In this document: positions 1-11,188 of the stretch, piece by piece
How positions within the stretch are numbered: the first letter of the stretch is position 1
Layout of the letters: each line of letters opens with the position of its first letter
Assembly (NCBI GenBank): GCA_963777675.1
Contig: CAVZRD010000011.1
Location: 5,741 to 69,740 of the forward strand
Direction: 5' to 3'
Length of the DNA: 64,000 nucleotides
Origin: an uncultured Gammaproteobacteria bacterium
GTDB taxonomy: Bacteria; Pseudomonadota; Gammaproteobacteria; Steroidobacterales; Woeseiaceae
Position numbers and translations under genes: made by a program
The notes under the pieces: generated by a model
Told to the model about the DNA's origin: nothing
The model's input: only the letters and a program-made list of their open reading frames with translations
The model's database searches: none

Positions 1-665
1 CAAATAGCTGGATGCGCACGGTATCGCCTGGTCCGAGCACATAGTCGGGCGGCACAGGACCTGTCATCGGAGGTTCGAAGCCGGCTTCCTGAGGCTTGAA
101 AAGATCGTACCCAAAAGGCTGCAACGCCGCGGCGCCGGTTTCCTCCGTTTCCAGCAACCGCACGTCAATATCAAATGGCTCAAGCAATGACTCGGTGGCA
201 AGCCGTCGTTGAATATCATCCTCGGTTAGTCCAAGCAACGGTATGGACTGCAGACCATAGAGCGAAAGCGCGCCCGTTATCGTCGAGCAAAAATGTGTGA
301 CTCCCGCGCAGCCGGCTCAATAATGGATCTTCTGCAATGTCGGCGAGTTGCTCGCGGAGTGAGCGAATCTTTCGGCGTAAGTGTCACGATCAGTGACTCA
401 CCGGCTTGGGCCTGGGCTTTCCCGTCTCCGGGTGCAGCGGCTTCGGAGGAGTCCGTCGGGGGCGTCGCCTCCTCCTCACGACAGGCTCAATCCTGTTTGA
501 ACTAGAATCTTTGGTTGACTGTTGCCGCAGCACCTTCAGCGCCTGTTCGCGCTCGCTGGCTGGCAACTGATCCAGCATCCGCTGTTGCTCGGCTGTGAAC
601 CCGGATACTTGTGCAATAGATGGAGCCGCCAGTAGCCAGATGAAAGTCACTGTTGCGACGATCAT
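1..665 (-). pseudogene. wza: Polysaccharide export protein (Wza / Poly_export family), N-terminal part running off the window; frame broken at least 3 times
   Basis: ORF 390..665 starts with a signal peptide (MIVATVTFIWLLAAPSIAQ). Other minus frames continue EEEATPPTDSS..LIVTLTPKDSL, then REQLADIAEDPLLSRLRGSHTF. Positions 1..260 read LYGLQSIPLLGLTEDDIQRRL...LQPFGYDLFKPQEAGFEPPMTGPVPPDYVLGPGDTVRIQLF, which contains the Poly_export Y.LGPGD motif. Confidence 0.7.
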
Positions 666-845
666 TAGCTATGCGCCGCAGACGACGGCCAGCTTGCCGA
701 AAATCGTTTATGACTGACTGTTCATGTTAGTCCCCGCGATGCGCTTAAATGCTCCGCGACCGGCGGATTGTACCAGCGTTACCCGGCTCGGACAGATTCG
801 GATTCAGTACGAGCTTCGCCATTGCAGATAGAACGGGCTTTACCA

Positions 846-2269
846 TTACTCTCGTCCCGAGACGACGTCGTCGAGCTTCTCATAGCCCACGCTGCCCTCG
901 ATGACCCCAAACGGGAACGCGCGGCTGTAGGCGATGTCGATACTCGAGAGATCCTGTGGCAGTCGGCGTAAGCGAGTTGTAAGGGTCCGGCGGGCCGCCA
1001 TCGTTTAGCGTTCCGCTACGTATCAGGGCGCGCCACTGCGTATCGCTGTCATTGACGAGGACGACACCCAACGTCGCCAGTTTCGCGTCGTTGTCGGCTC
1101 CGTGGCCGATGACGTATCCCCGGTACCGATATCCCGTCTGGTAGATCGAGTGATTGTATGCGCAGTTGTAGATCTCGTTCTTAAGCACATCGCAAGTCGT
1201 TCCGGCGAATTCCAGATATCCCCGCCATGACCAGCTACCGTGCTTGATGAACCCATTCATACTCAACGCCACCCATAGGCAAGAAACCGGCTCGGGAAGC
1301 CCCCCGCCTCATCCTCGCCGATGAACTGACCGTAGAGATCCGATCGGCGTCCCGAAGATCGGGGACCAGCGAAAGTCGACGCCTCCAAGCTGGTCCCCGG
1401 GCTCATCTGCCGGAGACAAATTGGCGCCGCGATTATCGTTGCCGATGATAAGGTCTCCGAACGTCGACAACCCGCAGGGTCGGCCGTCGCCGCACCACAG
1501 CGCGGTCCGCGAAATGCCGATTTCGAGCGAACGTGAGCGGCCGAAACGCGAAGCGCATGCCAAAGAAGCGCGTATTCGGCACCGCACGGTCTTTCTCAAG
1601 TTGTCCGAAAATCGCCGTGAAATCCCATGGCCCGATCCAACTCAGCCACTTGGTTTCGAAGGCATCCGTGAAAACCCGATCGATCACCAGCGCCGGAAAG
1701 GGACGCGCATTATCGGAGAGGATCAAACTACCGTCCCAGCCGGGGCCCCACCAGCGGTTCTGCGTGCTGGCCGCGACCGACCAATTGCCGAACATGAAGC
1801 CGACGAGACTGTCGTCGGCACGGAGTATCTGGTCGTCATCGCCCGCGTCGACGATCTGCACATTGACGTCGGCGCCGAACGTTTCGCCGACCCAATCCGC
1901 TCCCACGGATGCCTCCGCCCGACCGCGCGGCGTGTTTTGAAAAGAGCGGATGCGTGCACGATTATTGGATATTCCGAGCTCCGCATTGAATGTCAGCTCG
2001 TCCGTGCGCGTCTCCCAGCCGGCCCGCCGCTGCACGCGTCGCACGACGTCCAGGATCCCCGGCGGCTGCTTCGACAGGTCGGCATCGTTCAGGGATTCGA
2101 GGATCGGGCCCCAGGCGAGCGGCCAGCTCGTGATCGGGCCGGTGATGATGCCCGCGTCCGCCAGGCGCTGGATGTCGCTGCGCAATGCCGTGTCGCCGGC
2201 GGGGATATAGGGACCGGCCAGGGCGGAGGAAGCGATGAGCGTCAGTGTGATTGTTGTCAGGCGGCGCAT
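846..2269 (-). pseudogene. wzi: Capsule assembly outer-membrane protein, Wzi family; frame broken at least 3 times
   Basis: ORF 1433..2269 (MRRLTTITLTLIASSALAGPYIPAGDTALRSDIQRLADAGII..) is Wzi-like. The protein continues in other frames (LEIGISRTALWCGDGRPC..; GFIKHGSWSWRGYLEFAGTTCD..YRYRGYVIGHGADNDAKL..; ..DLSSIDIAYSRAFPFGVIEGSVGYEKLDDVVSGRE, stop at 846). Confidence 0.75.
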
Positions 2270-2319
2270 CGGGAAATGGTAGCAGGTTGGGAGAGCGTGA
2301 CAATTGCGGGTGTGATTGG

Positions 2320-2344
2320 ATCGCGGCTGAAGCCGCTCCTACGG
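2320..2344. repeat. REP family A, single copy (ATCGCGGCTGAAGCCGCTCCTACGG)
   Basis: Exact match to the window-wide REP consensus. It contains the TAG stop (2339..2341, minus strand) of the sulfotransferase gene. Confidence 0.9.
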
Positions 2345-3145
2345 GTAGCCGAGGGATTTTGCTAGCGAGGCGGTCTTGTCCTTGACCCAGCTCGCTTGCT
2401 CGGCGGTCAGTACCTCGTGCCAGACGCCGTTTCTCGGGGCGATTTCACGACGGACCTGCGCCGCCCGCAGGGTCATGTTCTCGTCCTGTTCGAATTTGCC
2501 GTAGTTCGATTCGCCGGGCACAAGGAGATCCTCCTCCCAGGGGAGTTCAAGGAACTCGAGAATCCGCCGGAAAACTTCGGATGGGCGCTCGGTGAGCTCC
2601 TCGAAGCGGACAAGGTGGACATCCTCGCTTCCCGCGAGACGGGCCACGGCCTGATTGTCGACAATCCAGCGCCCGACACAGGCCTTGAGATCATCGAAGC
2701 GTCGATACAGCGATGCGACGTTGTCCAGCGGATTGCGGACAGTCAGGACCAATTTTGCGGACGGCACGACCCGACGGATGTTCCGCACGCACTGGACGTG
2801 CTTCGGCGTCTTCTCGACGACCATCGACTTTCCCGCGGCCTGCGCGAAGTAGTCCCAATCGGCGACGAGTCGCTTACTGCAAAGCACGCCGTTTTCCGGA
2901 AAGAACGCGTTGGTTTCGCGGCCGATCAGCAAGACCTCCGAATGATTGCCGAGCCTTGCCGCCGTCAGCGTCGTGCCGCTGTGGCCGCAACCGCACACGA
3001 AGACGAAGCGCGTCCGCGATTTGTGCGGCGTAACGAAGCGATTAGGCAGGCCCTGCCACGCGGCAAGCATGCGCTTTGCGAGCCACGTCGGCAGCCGCTC
3101 GAGATGCTCCTGGGCATACTTGCTACGGATCCGCACGGGCACCAC
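2339..3145 (-). CDS. Sulfotransferase family protein
   Basis: Intact 268-aa ORF. PAPS 5'-phosphosulfate-binding loop CGCGHSGTT, 3'-phosphate motif region LTVRNPLDNVASLYRR. Confidence 0.8.
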   Translation of the reverse strand: MVPVRIRSKYAQEHLERLPTWLAKRMLAAWQGLPNRFVTPHKSRTRFVFVCGCGHSGTTLTAARLGNHSEVLLIGRETNAFFPENGVLCSKRLVADWDYFAQAAGKSMVVEKTPKHVQCVRNIRRVVPSAKLVLTVRNPLDNVASLYRRFDDLKACVGRWIVDNQAVARLAGSEDVHLVRFEELTERPSEVFRRILEFLELPWEEDLLVPGESNYGKFEQDENMTLRAAQVRREIAPRNGVWHEVLTAEQASWVKDKTASLAKSLGYP

Positions 3146-3181
3146 TCATTCGCTGTCGAGATCCCCCGGATCGATATTGCA

Positions 3182-3763
3182 TCAGGATACCGTGATCATG
3201 TATTGCGACCGGAATACTCTGAACCTCTTGCGAGGGATTTGCCGCTCTTCGAGAAAGTCCAGCACTGCACGTCGAACGGGAAAGCCGTCGGGCTCCCCCC
3301 AATCGAAATCGTCGCCGCAGAGCACGCCGTCGCACCTTATCCTGGAGTAGCAATTGCGAAGGTCTTCGAGGACGAACTCATAATAGTGATTGCCATCGAT
3401 ATAGACAAAATCGAAGAACGCCTCCGGAAACTCTTTGATGACATCCCTGGAATAGCCCCTGCGAATCTTGACATTGAGGCAATCCGCGAACCGGGTTATC
3501 ACAGAATCGTGGATGTCGTCCATGTCCGTTTGAGATTTTGCCACCGAACCGCCGAACATCCGTTCCGGGAACTCTGATTGAAACGTCCAGGGGTCGATCA
3601 GATACAGCTCTTTGGGATTCAACGCCTCCAGCAGCACCGAGCTGAACTCGCCTTTCCAGACGCCGATTTCCGCGCCGACCGCATTTTTCGGCAAATGCCG
3701 CAGCAGGCGTTCCCTGGGACTCTTCAGCCCCATCGCCCTGGCAATAAGCGTCCTGACCCTCAT
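3182..3763 (-). CDS. Class I SAM-dependent methyltransferase (TylF / Methyltransf_24-like)
   Basis: Start taken at MRVRTLIARAMG (ATG 3763..3761), which forms an ATGA overlap with the wzx stop (3762..3760). Motifs GAEIGVWKGEFS, FDFVYIDGNHYYEFV. Lower GC than surroundings by hand count. Confidence 0.7.
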   Translation of the reverse strand: MRVRTLIARAMGLKSPRERLLRHLPKNAVGAEIGVWKGEFSSVLLEALNPKELYLIDPWTFQSEFPERMFGGSVAKSQTDMDDIHDSVITRFADCLNVKIRRGYSRDVIKEFPEAFFDFVYIDGNHYYEFVLEDLRNCYSRIRCDGVLCGDDFDWGEPDGFPVRRAVLDFLEERQIPRKRFRVFRSQYMITVS

Positions 3764-5141
3764 CGATCGCTGGATCCGTCGGCGCCGGCACGACCGAATC
3801 CCAACCCGTGCGTCTGGATCCCCAAGCGCCGCTTGGCGAAATACCAGAGCAACCCGTTCCATAGCACGATCGAAGCCGCCGTTGCGAGCGCCGCACCGTT
3901 CATGCCGAAGGGCGGTATCAAGACGAGATTCAGTATGACGTTGCTGATCGCACCGATGGCCATGCCTCGCGCCGTGTCGCGTTCATTGCCGCTCATGTTA
4001 AGGAGGATACCAACTGAGCCGGCGCCGGCATTCGCCAACTGCCCCGCTGCGACGATCGCCAGCGCAACGTGGCCGGCTGCGAACGGGCTGCCGAACATAC
4101 CGCGGAGGATGAACTCGCCGAAAAAGACGAATGCCAGGGCGACGGGCAACGCCGTGACGAGGCTGGCGCGTGCTCCGGCAGTGGCGACGCGTTGCAACGT
4201 CGCCATGTCGCCCAAGCGGTGCAGGCGCGCAAAGTGCGGCTCCACGACCATATTGACCGCTTGCAGGCCGAATACCACCAGGATGCCGCCCTGGATGACG
4301 ACCCGGTAAATGCCGACCTGCTCGGCGCTGCGGAAGAGACCGAGCATCAGGATGTCGGTGTGTTGAATGACCAGCTGCATGCCGGTCATGATGGCCAGTG
4401 GAAAGACAGCTCGCCGCCATGCCTTGTCCTCGTAAGTGCGCTTCGTCGTCTCGCGCAGCGCGTCGGGACGGGACGCCCGAAGGATCAGGGCTCCCACGAC
4501 GAACGCGACGAACGCCGCCAAGGCATGCAGGCCCATAGCATACGCCGCCGTCAAGCTGCCGGCGGGCAAGGCAAATGCAATGATCAGGCATGAAGCCGAC
4601 CAGAAGTCCGGGGCGCAGTATCATGTCGGGGAGCTGGCCGGCCACTACCCGGTGCAAACCCCGGAGTGCCGCACCCCGCAGATTGCCGAGCAAGATGAAC
4701 GGCACGAGCACGAGGCCCCAGGCAAACGCCAGCAATTCCGGGGCCTCGAAATGGCTCCTGAATACCCAGGCAAGTCCGCCCGCAATCGCGGCAAGCGCGA
4801 CCGAAATTGCTGCGGTAACGGTGTTGCTCCAGTACCAGAGACCGCTCATCAGCGGCCAATCGCGATCGGCTTGCGCCTTGGCCGTCTCGCAACGACGAGA
4901 TTGGGCAATCCGAATTGAGCCGGGATCGCCAGGATGGAGATCAGGGCAAGGACATAGGCGTACACGCCGTATCCTCCCGGCCCGAGGCTGCGCGCCAGGA
5001 TCACCGCCAGCAGAAACGTCAGTGCCGTGGATACAAATTTGACGGCGACGCTGCCGCGCCACCGCGCAGGAGCTGCGCCTTCAGCCCTTCGCCGCTGAAG
5101 AGACCGGCAAAGGGGCGGTTCGGTTCGGGGGCAGTTGGCAT
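3760..5141 (-). pseudogene. wzx: Polysaccharide flippase, Wzx / MOP(PST) family; about 3 frame breaks
   Basis: N-terminus MPTAPEPNRPFAGLFSGEGLKAQLLRGG (ATG 5141). Then GSVAVKFVSTALTFLLAVILARSLGPGGYGVYAYVLALISILAIP, WPLMSGLWYWSNTVTAAISV..LGNLRGAALRGLHRVVAGQLPDMILRPG, and ORF 3760..4569 (multi-TM C-terminal half). Confidence 0.7.
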
Positions 5142-5160
5142 GGGTACGGAGACGGCGTCG

Positions 5161-5185
5161 ATCGCGGCTGAAGCCGCTCCTACGG
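5161..5185. repeat. REP family A, single copy
   Basis: ATCGCGGCTGAAGCCGCTCCTACGG. It lies in the 39-bp gap between the pgi stop and the wzx start and contains the pgi TAG stop (5180..5182, minus strand). Confidence 0.9.
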
Positions 5186-6794
5186 ATACTTTCCAATACG
5201 GGTCAGGAGGCTGCGGGTCGAGGGGTTCTCACTATTGGCCACGTTCTTCGCGAGCTTCTTGCCGAGCTCGACGCCCCACTGGTCGAAGGAGTCGATGCCC
5301 CAGATCACGCCCTGGACGAACACCTTGTGCTCGTACAGGGCGATCAGCTCGCCGAGCGTCTCCGGGTCGAGCTTCTCGAACAGGAGCGTATTCGATGGCC
5401 GGTTGCCCACGTGCAGCGCCAGGGCTCGAGGCCTTTCTCGTCGAAGCCGTCCATCAGCGCCTCGGACTGGGCGAGCAATTGGCGATGGCGAGGTCCTGCT
5501 GAGCCTGATCGCCGCCGGCGGACTTCGCCGGCAGCAGGAAATCGGCCGGCACGAGGCGGGTGCCCTGGTGCAGCAGCTGGAAGAAGGAGTGCTGGGCGTT
5601 GTTGCCGGTCTCGCCCCAGACCACCAGCCCGGTCTTGTACTTGACCGGCTGGCCGACATGTGCACCGCTTGCCGTTGGATTCCATTCGAGCTGCTGCAGG
5701 AAGGCCGGGAAGCGCTCGAGCCGATTGTCGTACGGCAGGATCGCCTGCGAGTCGGCGCCGAAGAAGTTGTTGTACCAGATCGCCGATCAGGGCCAGCGGT
5801 CACCGGCAGGTTCTCCGCCATCGGCGCGTGCCGGAAGTGCAGGTCCATCTGCCGGCCGCCGGCGAGCAGCTCGCGGAACTTGTCCATGCCGATGACCAGC
5901 GCCAGCGACAGGCCGACCGCCGACCACAGCGAGTAGCGCCCGCCGACCCAGTCCCAGAACCCGAAGCGGCGTTCCGGGTGGATGCCGAAGGCTCCATCGC
6001 GGCGTGGTTGGTCGAGGCCGCGACGAAGTGATCGCCGACCGCGTCCTTGCCCAGGCGTTCGACGATCCAGCGCCGTGCGGCGTTGCGTTGGTCATCGTCT
6101 CCTGGGTCGTGAAGGTCTTGGAGCACACGATGAACAGCGTCGTCGCCGGATCGAGCTGGCGTTTCAGGTCGGCGAGTTGCGTGCCGTCGACGTTGGACAC
6201 GCTGTGGAATCGCATCCCGGAATGCCAGTGCGGACGCAGCGCGCGGCTCGCCATGACGGGGCCGAGGTCCGAGCCGCCGATGCCGATGTTGACGATTTCG
6301 GTGAGCCGATAACCCGTGCTGCCGGCGATCTTGCCCGCGTGCACGCCTTCGACGAACTCGTCCATCTTGGTCAGGACTTCCCAGACTTCCCGCACGCCGG
6401 GCGTGTCCAGCGCCACCGTGTCCGAGAGCTTGGCGCGCAGCGCGACGTGCAACGCCGGCCGGTCCTCGCTGCGGTTGATCGATTCGCCTGCGAACATCGC
6501 CTCGATCGCCGCCGGCACGCCGGCCTCCCCGGCCAGCCGGGCGAGGAGCTTCGCCGTCGTCGTGTCGAGATGGTTCTTCGAATAATCGAGCGTCAGCTTG
6601 TTCGCCGTGAGCGTGAAGCGCTCGGCCCGCTGCGGGTCAGCAGCGAACAAGCCGGCGAGTTTGGACTTGCTGATCTGCTTGCGATGGGCCTTGAGTGCCT
6701 CCCAGGCCGGCAGGTCGGTCGGGTAGCGCGCCGAAAGCTGCCTGTCGGTGTAGGACTTAAGCTTGTTTTTCGAGGTCGACGGCATAGAACTCAA
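5180..6794 (-). pseudogene. pgi: Glucose-6-phosphate isomerase; at least 4 frame breaks
   Basis: N-terminal ORF 5787..6794 (..[35 protein letters not shown]). Middle pieces in other frames ([29 protein letters not shown]; [29 protein letters not shown]). C-terminus [52 protein letters not shown]. Confidence 0.85.
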
Positions 6795-7788
6795 GATACC
6801 AGTCGACGAACTTTTTCACACCTTCGGCGATCGGCGTCGAGGGGCTGTAACCGACGTCCCGCGCGAGCGCCTCGGTGTCGGCCCAGGTGTCCGGGACGTC
6901 GCCGGGCTGCAGCGGCAGCAGGTTCTTCTCGGCCTTCCTGCCGAGGTTCTCTTCGAGCACCTCGATGAAGCGCATCAGCTCGACGGGCTGCTGGTTGCCG
7001 ATGTTGTAGAGCCGGTACGGCGCCCGGCTCGTGCCCGGATCCGGATCGGCCGGGTCCCAGTCCGGGTTCGGCTCGGCCGTGTGGTCCAGCGTGCGGACCA
7101 CGCCCTCGACGATGTCGTCGACGTAGGTGAAGTCGCGCTTGTGATTGCCGTAGTTGAAGACGTCGATGGGCTTGCCCGCGAGGATGGCCTTCGTGAACAT
7201 GAACAGCGCCATGTCCGGGCGGCCCCACGGGCCGTACACGGTGAAGAAGCGCAGGCCCGTCGTCGGCAGGCCGTAGAGGTTGCGAGTAGGTGTGCGCCAT
7301 CAGCTCGTTGGCCTTCTTCGTCGCGGCGTAGAGGGTGAGCGGATGGTCGACGTTCTGGTGCACCGAGAACGGCATCGCCGTGTTCGCGCCGTAGACCGAG
7401 CTCGACGAGGCGTACACCAGATGCTCGACGTCGTGGTGGCGGCAGCCTTCGAGGACGTGCAGCGAGCCGACGACGTTGCTGTCGATGTAGGCGTGCGGAT
7501 TCTCCAGCGAGTAGCGGACGCCGGCCTGGGCGGCCGAGGTGCGCTACCCTGTCGAACCCGTGTTCGGCGAACAGGGCTTCCATCGCGGCGCGGTCGGCGA
7601 GGTCGATGCGGGACATCGTGAAGCCCGGGTAATCGTCGAGGATCGCCGAGCGCGCGCTTCCTTCAGCGACGACGTCGTAGTAGTCGTTGAAGTTGTCGAG
7701 GCCGACGACCTCGTCGCCACGCTCGAGCAGGCGCTTGCGCAGTGAAGAAGCCGATGAAGCCGGCGGCGCCGGTGACGAGGATTTTCAA
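6757..7788 (-). pseudogene. NAD-dependent sugar epimerase (UDP-glucuronate 4-epimerase-like, CapI/LpsL family); at least 3 frame breaks
   Basis: TTG-start MKILVTGAAGFIGFF (7788). Pieces [67 protein letters not shown], and ORF 6757..7239 ([45 protein letters not shown]..). Confidence 0.8.
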
Positions 7789-7814
7789 ATTTTTCTACCT
7801 GTCTTGAATAGCAT

Positions 7815-7887
7815 CCGTAGGAGCGGCTTCAGCCGCGATCCATTTCGCAGTTCATCACACCAATCGCGGCTGAAGCCGCTCCTACGG
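7815..7887. repeat. REP family A inverted doublet (GTAG heads outward)
   Basis: CCGTAGGAGCGGCTTCAGCCGCGAT (7815..7839) and its exact reverse complement (7863..7887). Arms extend to CATCCG.../...CGGATG. Confidence 0.9.
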
Positions 7888-7896
7888 ATGCGATTT

Positions 7897-9191
7897 TTAC
7901 AAGCGGTCGTCGGATTCCGACGCCGGCAGCACGTATTTGACATCGTACAGCACGGCGCCCGGCTTGCCGTACGCGCGGATGCCCGCCGCGCCCAGTTCTT
8001 TGAACTGCCGGTGGGCGACGGCGATGACGACGACGTCGTAGGCGCCCGGCTCCGGCTCTTCGACCAGCGCGATGCCGTATTCATGCTTGGCTTCGTCGCG
8101 GTTCGACCCACGGGTCGTGGACGTCGACCTCGGCGTCCGTATGTCTGCAGTTCGCGAGACGATGTCCGACGACCTTGGAATTGCGCAGGTCCGGGCAGTT
8201 CTCCTTGAACGCGAGGCCGAGGATCAGGATCGCGTGCGCCGACCGGCTGGATCCGCTTGCCCAGCATCGCGCTTGATGACGCTGGCCGGCGACGTAAGCG
8301 GCCATGTTGTCGTTGATGCGCCGGCCGGCGAGGATCATCTGCGGGTGGTAGCCGAACTCCTGCGCCTTGTACGTCAGGTAATACGGGTCCACGCCGATGC
8401 AGTGGCCGCCGACCAGGCCCGGGCCGGAACGGCAGGAAGTTCCACTTCGTGCCGGCGGCCTCGAGCACCTCTTCGGTGTCGATACCGACGCGTTCGAAGA
8501 TCATCGCCAGCTCGTTGATCAGCGCGATGTTGACGTCGCGCTGCGTGTTCTCGATGACCTTGGCCGCCTCGGCGACCTTGATGCTGGAGGCCTTGTACGT
8601 GCCGGCCGTGATAATCGTGCGGTATACCGAGTCGATGAAGTCGGCCGCTTCCGGCGTCGAGCCCGAGGTCACCTTCAGGATCGTCGGCAGACGGCTGCTG
8701 CCTTGTCGCCGGGATTGATGCGCTCGGGGCTGTAGCCGACGAAGAAGTCCTCGTTCAAACGCGAGCCCGGAGCCCTTCTCCAGGAGCGGCACGCAGAATT
8801 CCTCGGTCGCAGCCCGGATACACGGTCGATTCGAAGACGATCACGTCGCCCTTCTTGATGACCCCGCCCAGGGTCTCGCTGGCCTGTCGCAGGGGCTCGA
8901 GATCCGGCCGGTTGCCTTCGCCGATCGGCGTCGGCACGGTCACGACGTAGAAATTGCAACGCTTCGAGTGCACTCGGGATCGCTCGTGAAACGCAGTTGC
9001 TTCGCGCTACGAAGCTCCTCTTCCGATGTCTCGAGCGTGGAGTCGTGGCCGGCATCGAGTTCGGCGACACGCCTGGCCTTGACGTCGAAGCCGACGGTCG
9101 GGTAGCGCTTGCCGAATTCGACGGCGAGCGGCAGACCGACGTAGCCGAGGCCGATGATGCCGATTTTCAGTTTGTCGATATCGAAGGACAT
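7897..9191 (-). pseudogene. Nucleotide-sugar dehydrogenase (UDP-glucose / UDP-N-acetylhexosamine dehydrogenase family, WbpO/TviB/CapL-like); several frame breaks
   Basis: N-terminus MSFDIDKLKIGIIGLGYVGLPLAVEFG (Rossmann). Pieces [107 protein letters not shown]-terminus ..[16 protein letters not shown], stop at 7897. Confidence 0.8.
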
Positions 9192-9246
9192 GGGTGCATC
9201 AATACCATAGGAAAGAGGGGATTACGTAGATACGCGTCTCAGGGTT

Positions 9247-9389
9247 ATCGCGGCTGAAGCCGCTCCTACGGATTCCATTCAGGCCACGGCGGTTCATTAG
9301 CATCCGTAGGAGCGGCTTCAGCCGCGACCCGATCACCATTGGTACAATCGCGGTTCATAAGCACCCGTAGGAGCGGCTTCAGCCGCGAT
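9247..9389. repeat. REP family A cluster: 82-bp REPIN (9247..9328) plus one extra copy (9365..9389)
   Basis: Three consensus copies read directly, in orientations reverse, forward, forward. Confidence 0.9.
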
Positions 9390-9402
9390 CCCTGCAATAT
9401 CT

Positions 9403-10905
9403 TTACCCCAGGTACCACAGCGCCGCCAGGCCCGAGATGCTCATCGTGACCGTGTACGGCAGCGCCATCCACACCATGCGGCCGTAGGACAGGCGGATCA
9501 GCGGCGCCAGCGCCGAGGTCAGCAGGAACAGGAACGCAGCCTGGCCGTTCGGCGTCGCGACGCTCGGGATGTTCGTGCCGGTGTTGATCGCGACGGCCAG
9601 CGCGTCGTACTGGGTGCGATCGATCAGGCCCGCTTCGAAGATCTTGCTTACCTCGGTGATGTACACGGTCGCCACGAACACGTTGTCCGAGATCGACGAC
9701 AGCAGGCCGTTCGCGATGTAGAACAGCGCCGCCTGCTCCTTGCCGTCGTGGTGCAGCACCCACTCGATGACCGGCGAGAACAGGTCCTGGTTGGCGATCA
9801 CGGCGACGATCGCGAAGAACACGACGAGCAGCGCCGTAAACGGCAGCGCCTCCTCGAAGGCGTGGCCCAGGCGATGTTCCTCGGTCACGCCGTTGAACGC
9901 TGTCGCCAGCACGATGACCAGCAGGCCGACGATGCCGGGCGAGGCGAGATGGCGTCCGAGTGCGATGACGAGGATCACGGCGACGACGGCCTGCACGCCG
10001 ATGGTCAGGCTCTCGGCCTTCGTGCGCCGACTCGTCATCTCGCGGTCGTACTCCAGCAATACGTCGCGCACCGCCGGCGTCAGCGTCGCGCCATAGCTGA
10101 AGGCTTTGGTCACCTCGAGCAGCACGCAGGTCGCGAGCCCCACCACGAGCACCGGCATCGACACGTGCGCCACCTCGCGGAAGAACTGCATGAAGTCCCA
10201 GCCGCATGACTTCGCCGATCAAGAGGTTCTGCGGCTCGCCGACCAGCGTCGTGACGCCGCCGAGCGCCGTGCCCACCGCCGCGTGCATCATCAGGTTGCG
10301 CAGGAAGCCGCGGAACTGCACCAGGTCCTCGTGGTGCAGCTCGATGACCTCGTCGTCCGTCGACGGGTCGTGGTCGTGATCGATATTTCTTGCCGGACGC
10401 GAACTTGTGATAGACGCCGTAGAAACCGATTGCGACAGAGATGACGACCGCCGTCACGGTCAGTGCATCGAGGAACGCGGACAGGAATGCGCCGGCGAAA
10501 CAGAACATCAGCGACAGCAGGATCTTCGAGCGCACGCCCAGCAGGATCTTCGTGAAACGTATACAGCAGCATCTCGCGCAGGAAGTAGATGCCGGCGACC
10601 ATGAACATCAGCAGCAGGATGACCGGGAAGTTCACGACCGCTTCGTGGTACACCATCTCCGGCGTCGCCAGCCCGATGATGATCGCCTCCACCGCCAGCA
10701 GGCCGCCGGGCTGCAGCGGGTAGCAGCGCAACGCCATCGCGAGCGTGAAGATGAACTCGAGCACCAGCGCCCAGCCGGCCACGAAGGGGCTGAGCTGGGC
10801 CAGGATCGGGTTCAGGATCAGGAAGCCGACGATCGTCAGTTTGTACCAGTGCGGCGAGTTGCCCAGGAAATTGGAGCGCAGGGCTGCGGCAAGGGATTGC
10901 GCCAT
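9403..10905 (-). pseudogene. nhaB: Na+/H+ antiporter NhaB; about 2 frame breaks
   Basis: N-terminus [74 protein letters not shown] closely parallels E. coli NhaB. Continued by [42 protein letters not shown] and ORF 9403..10191. Confidence 0.85.
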
Positions 10906-10994
10906 TCGTTCTTGTCCTCGTCTGCAGAACCGGCGATTCTAGACGGTTTGGGCGGGAATCGATAGGCGCCGGACGCGGGTTTATCGCGGCACAA

Positions 10995-11188
10995 ATCGCG
11001 GCTGAAGCCGCTCCTACGGATGCTTTGCCGGAATTCAGGTAATGATCGCGGCCGAAGCCGCTCCTGCGGATGCTTTGCCGGAATTCAGGTAATGATCGCG
11101 GCTGCAAGTCCGACAGATGTGCCTGAGCGCGATGCTATTTCGCCGACGTGCCCGGATCAGAATCCGTAGGAGCGGCTTCAGCCGCGAT
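10995..11188. repeat. REP family A cluster: 2.3 tandem 50-bp units (10995, 11045, 11095) plus one inverted copy (11164..11188)
   Basis: Unit ATCGCGGCTGAAGCCGCTCCTACGGATGCTTTGCCGGAATTCAGGTAATG is repeated. The last copy holds the dnaQ TGA stop (11178..11180, minus strand). Confidence 0.9.

Noticed and set aside
5135-5196. Many short ORFs contain the peptides [15 protein letters not shown] or VGAASAAI (e.g. 4849..5196, 9266..10321, 14715..14972, 17317..18249, 19482..19895).
   Set aside because: These peptides are simply the six-frame translations of the REP element. The ORFs are extensions through intergenic repeats, not genes.
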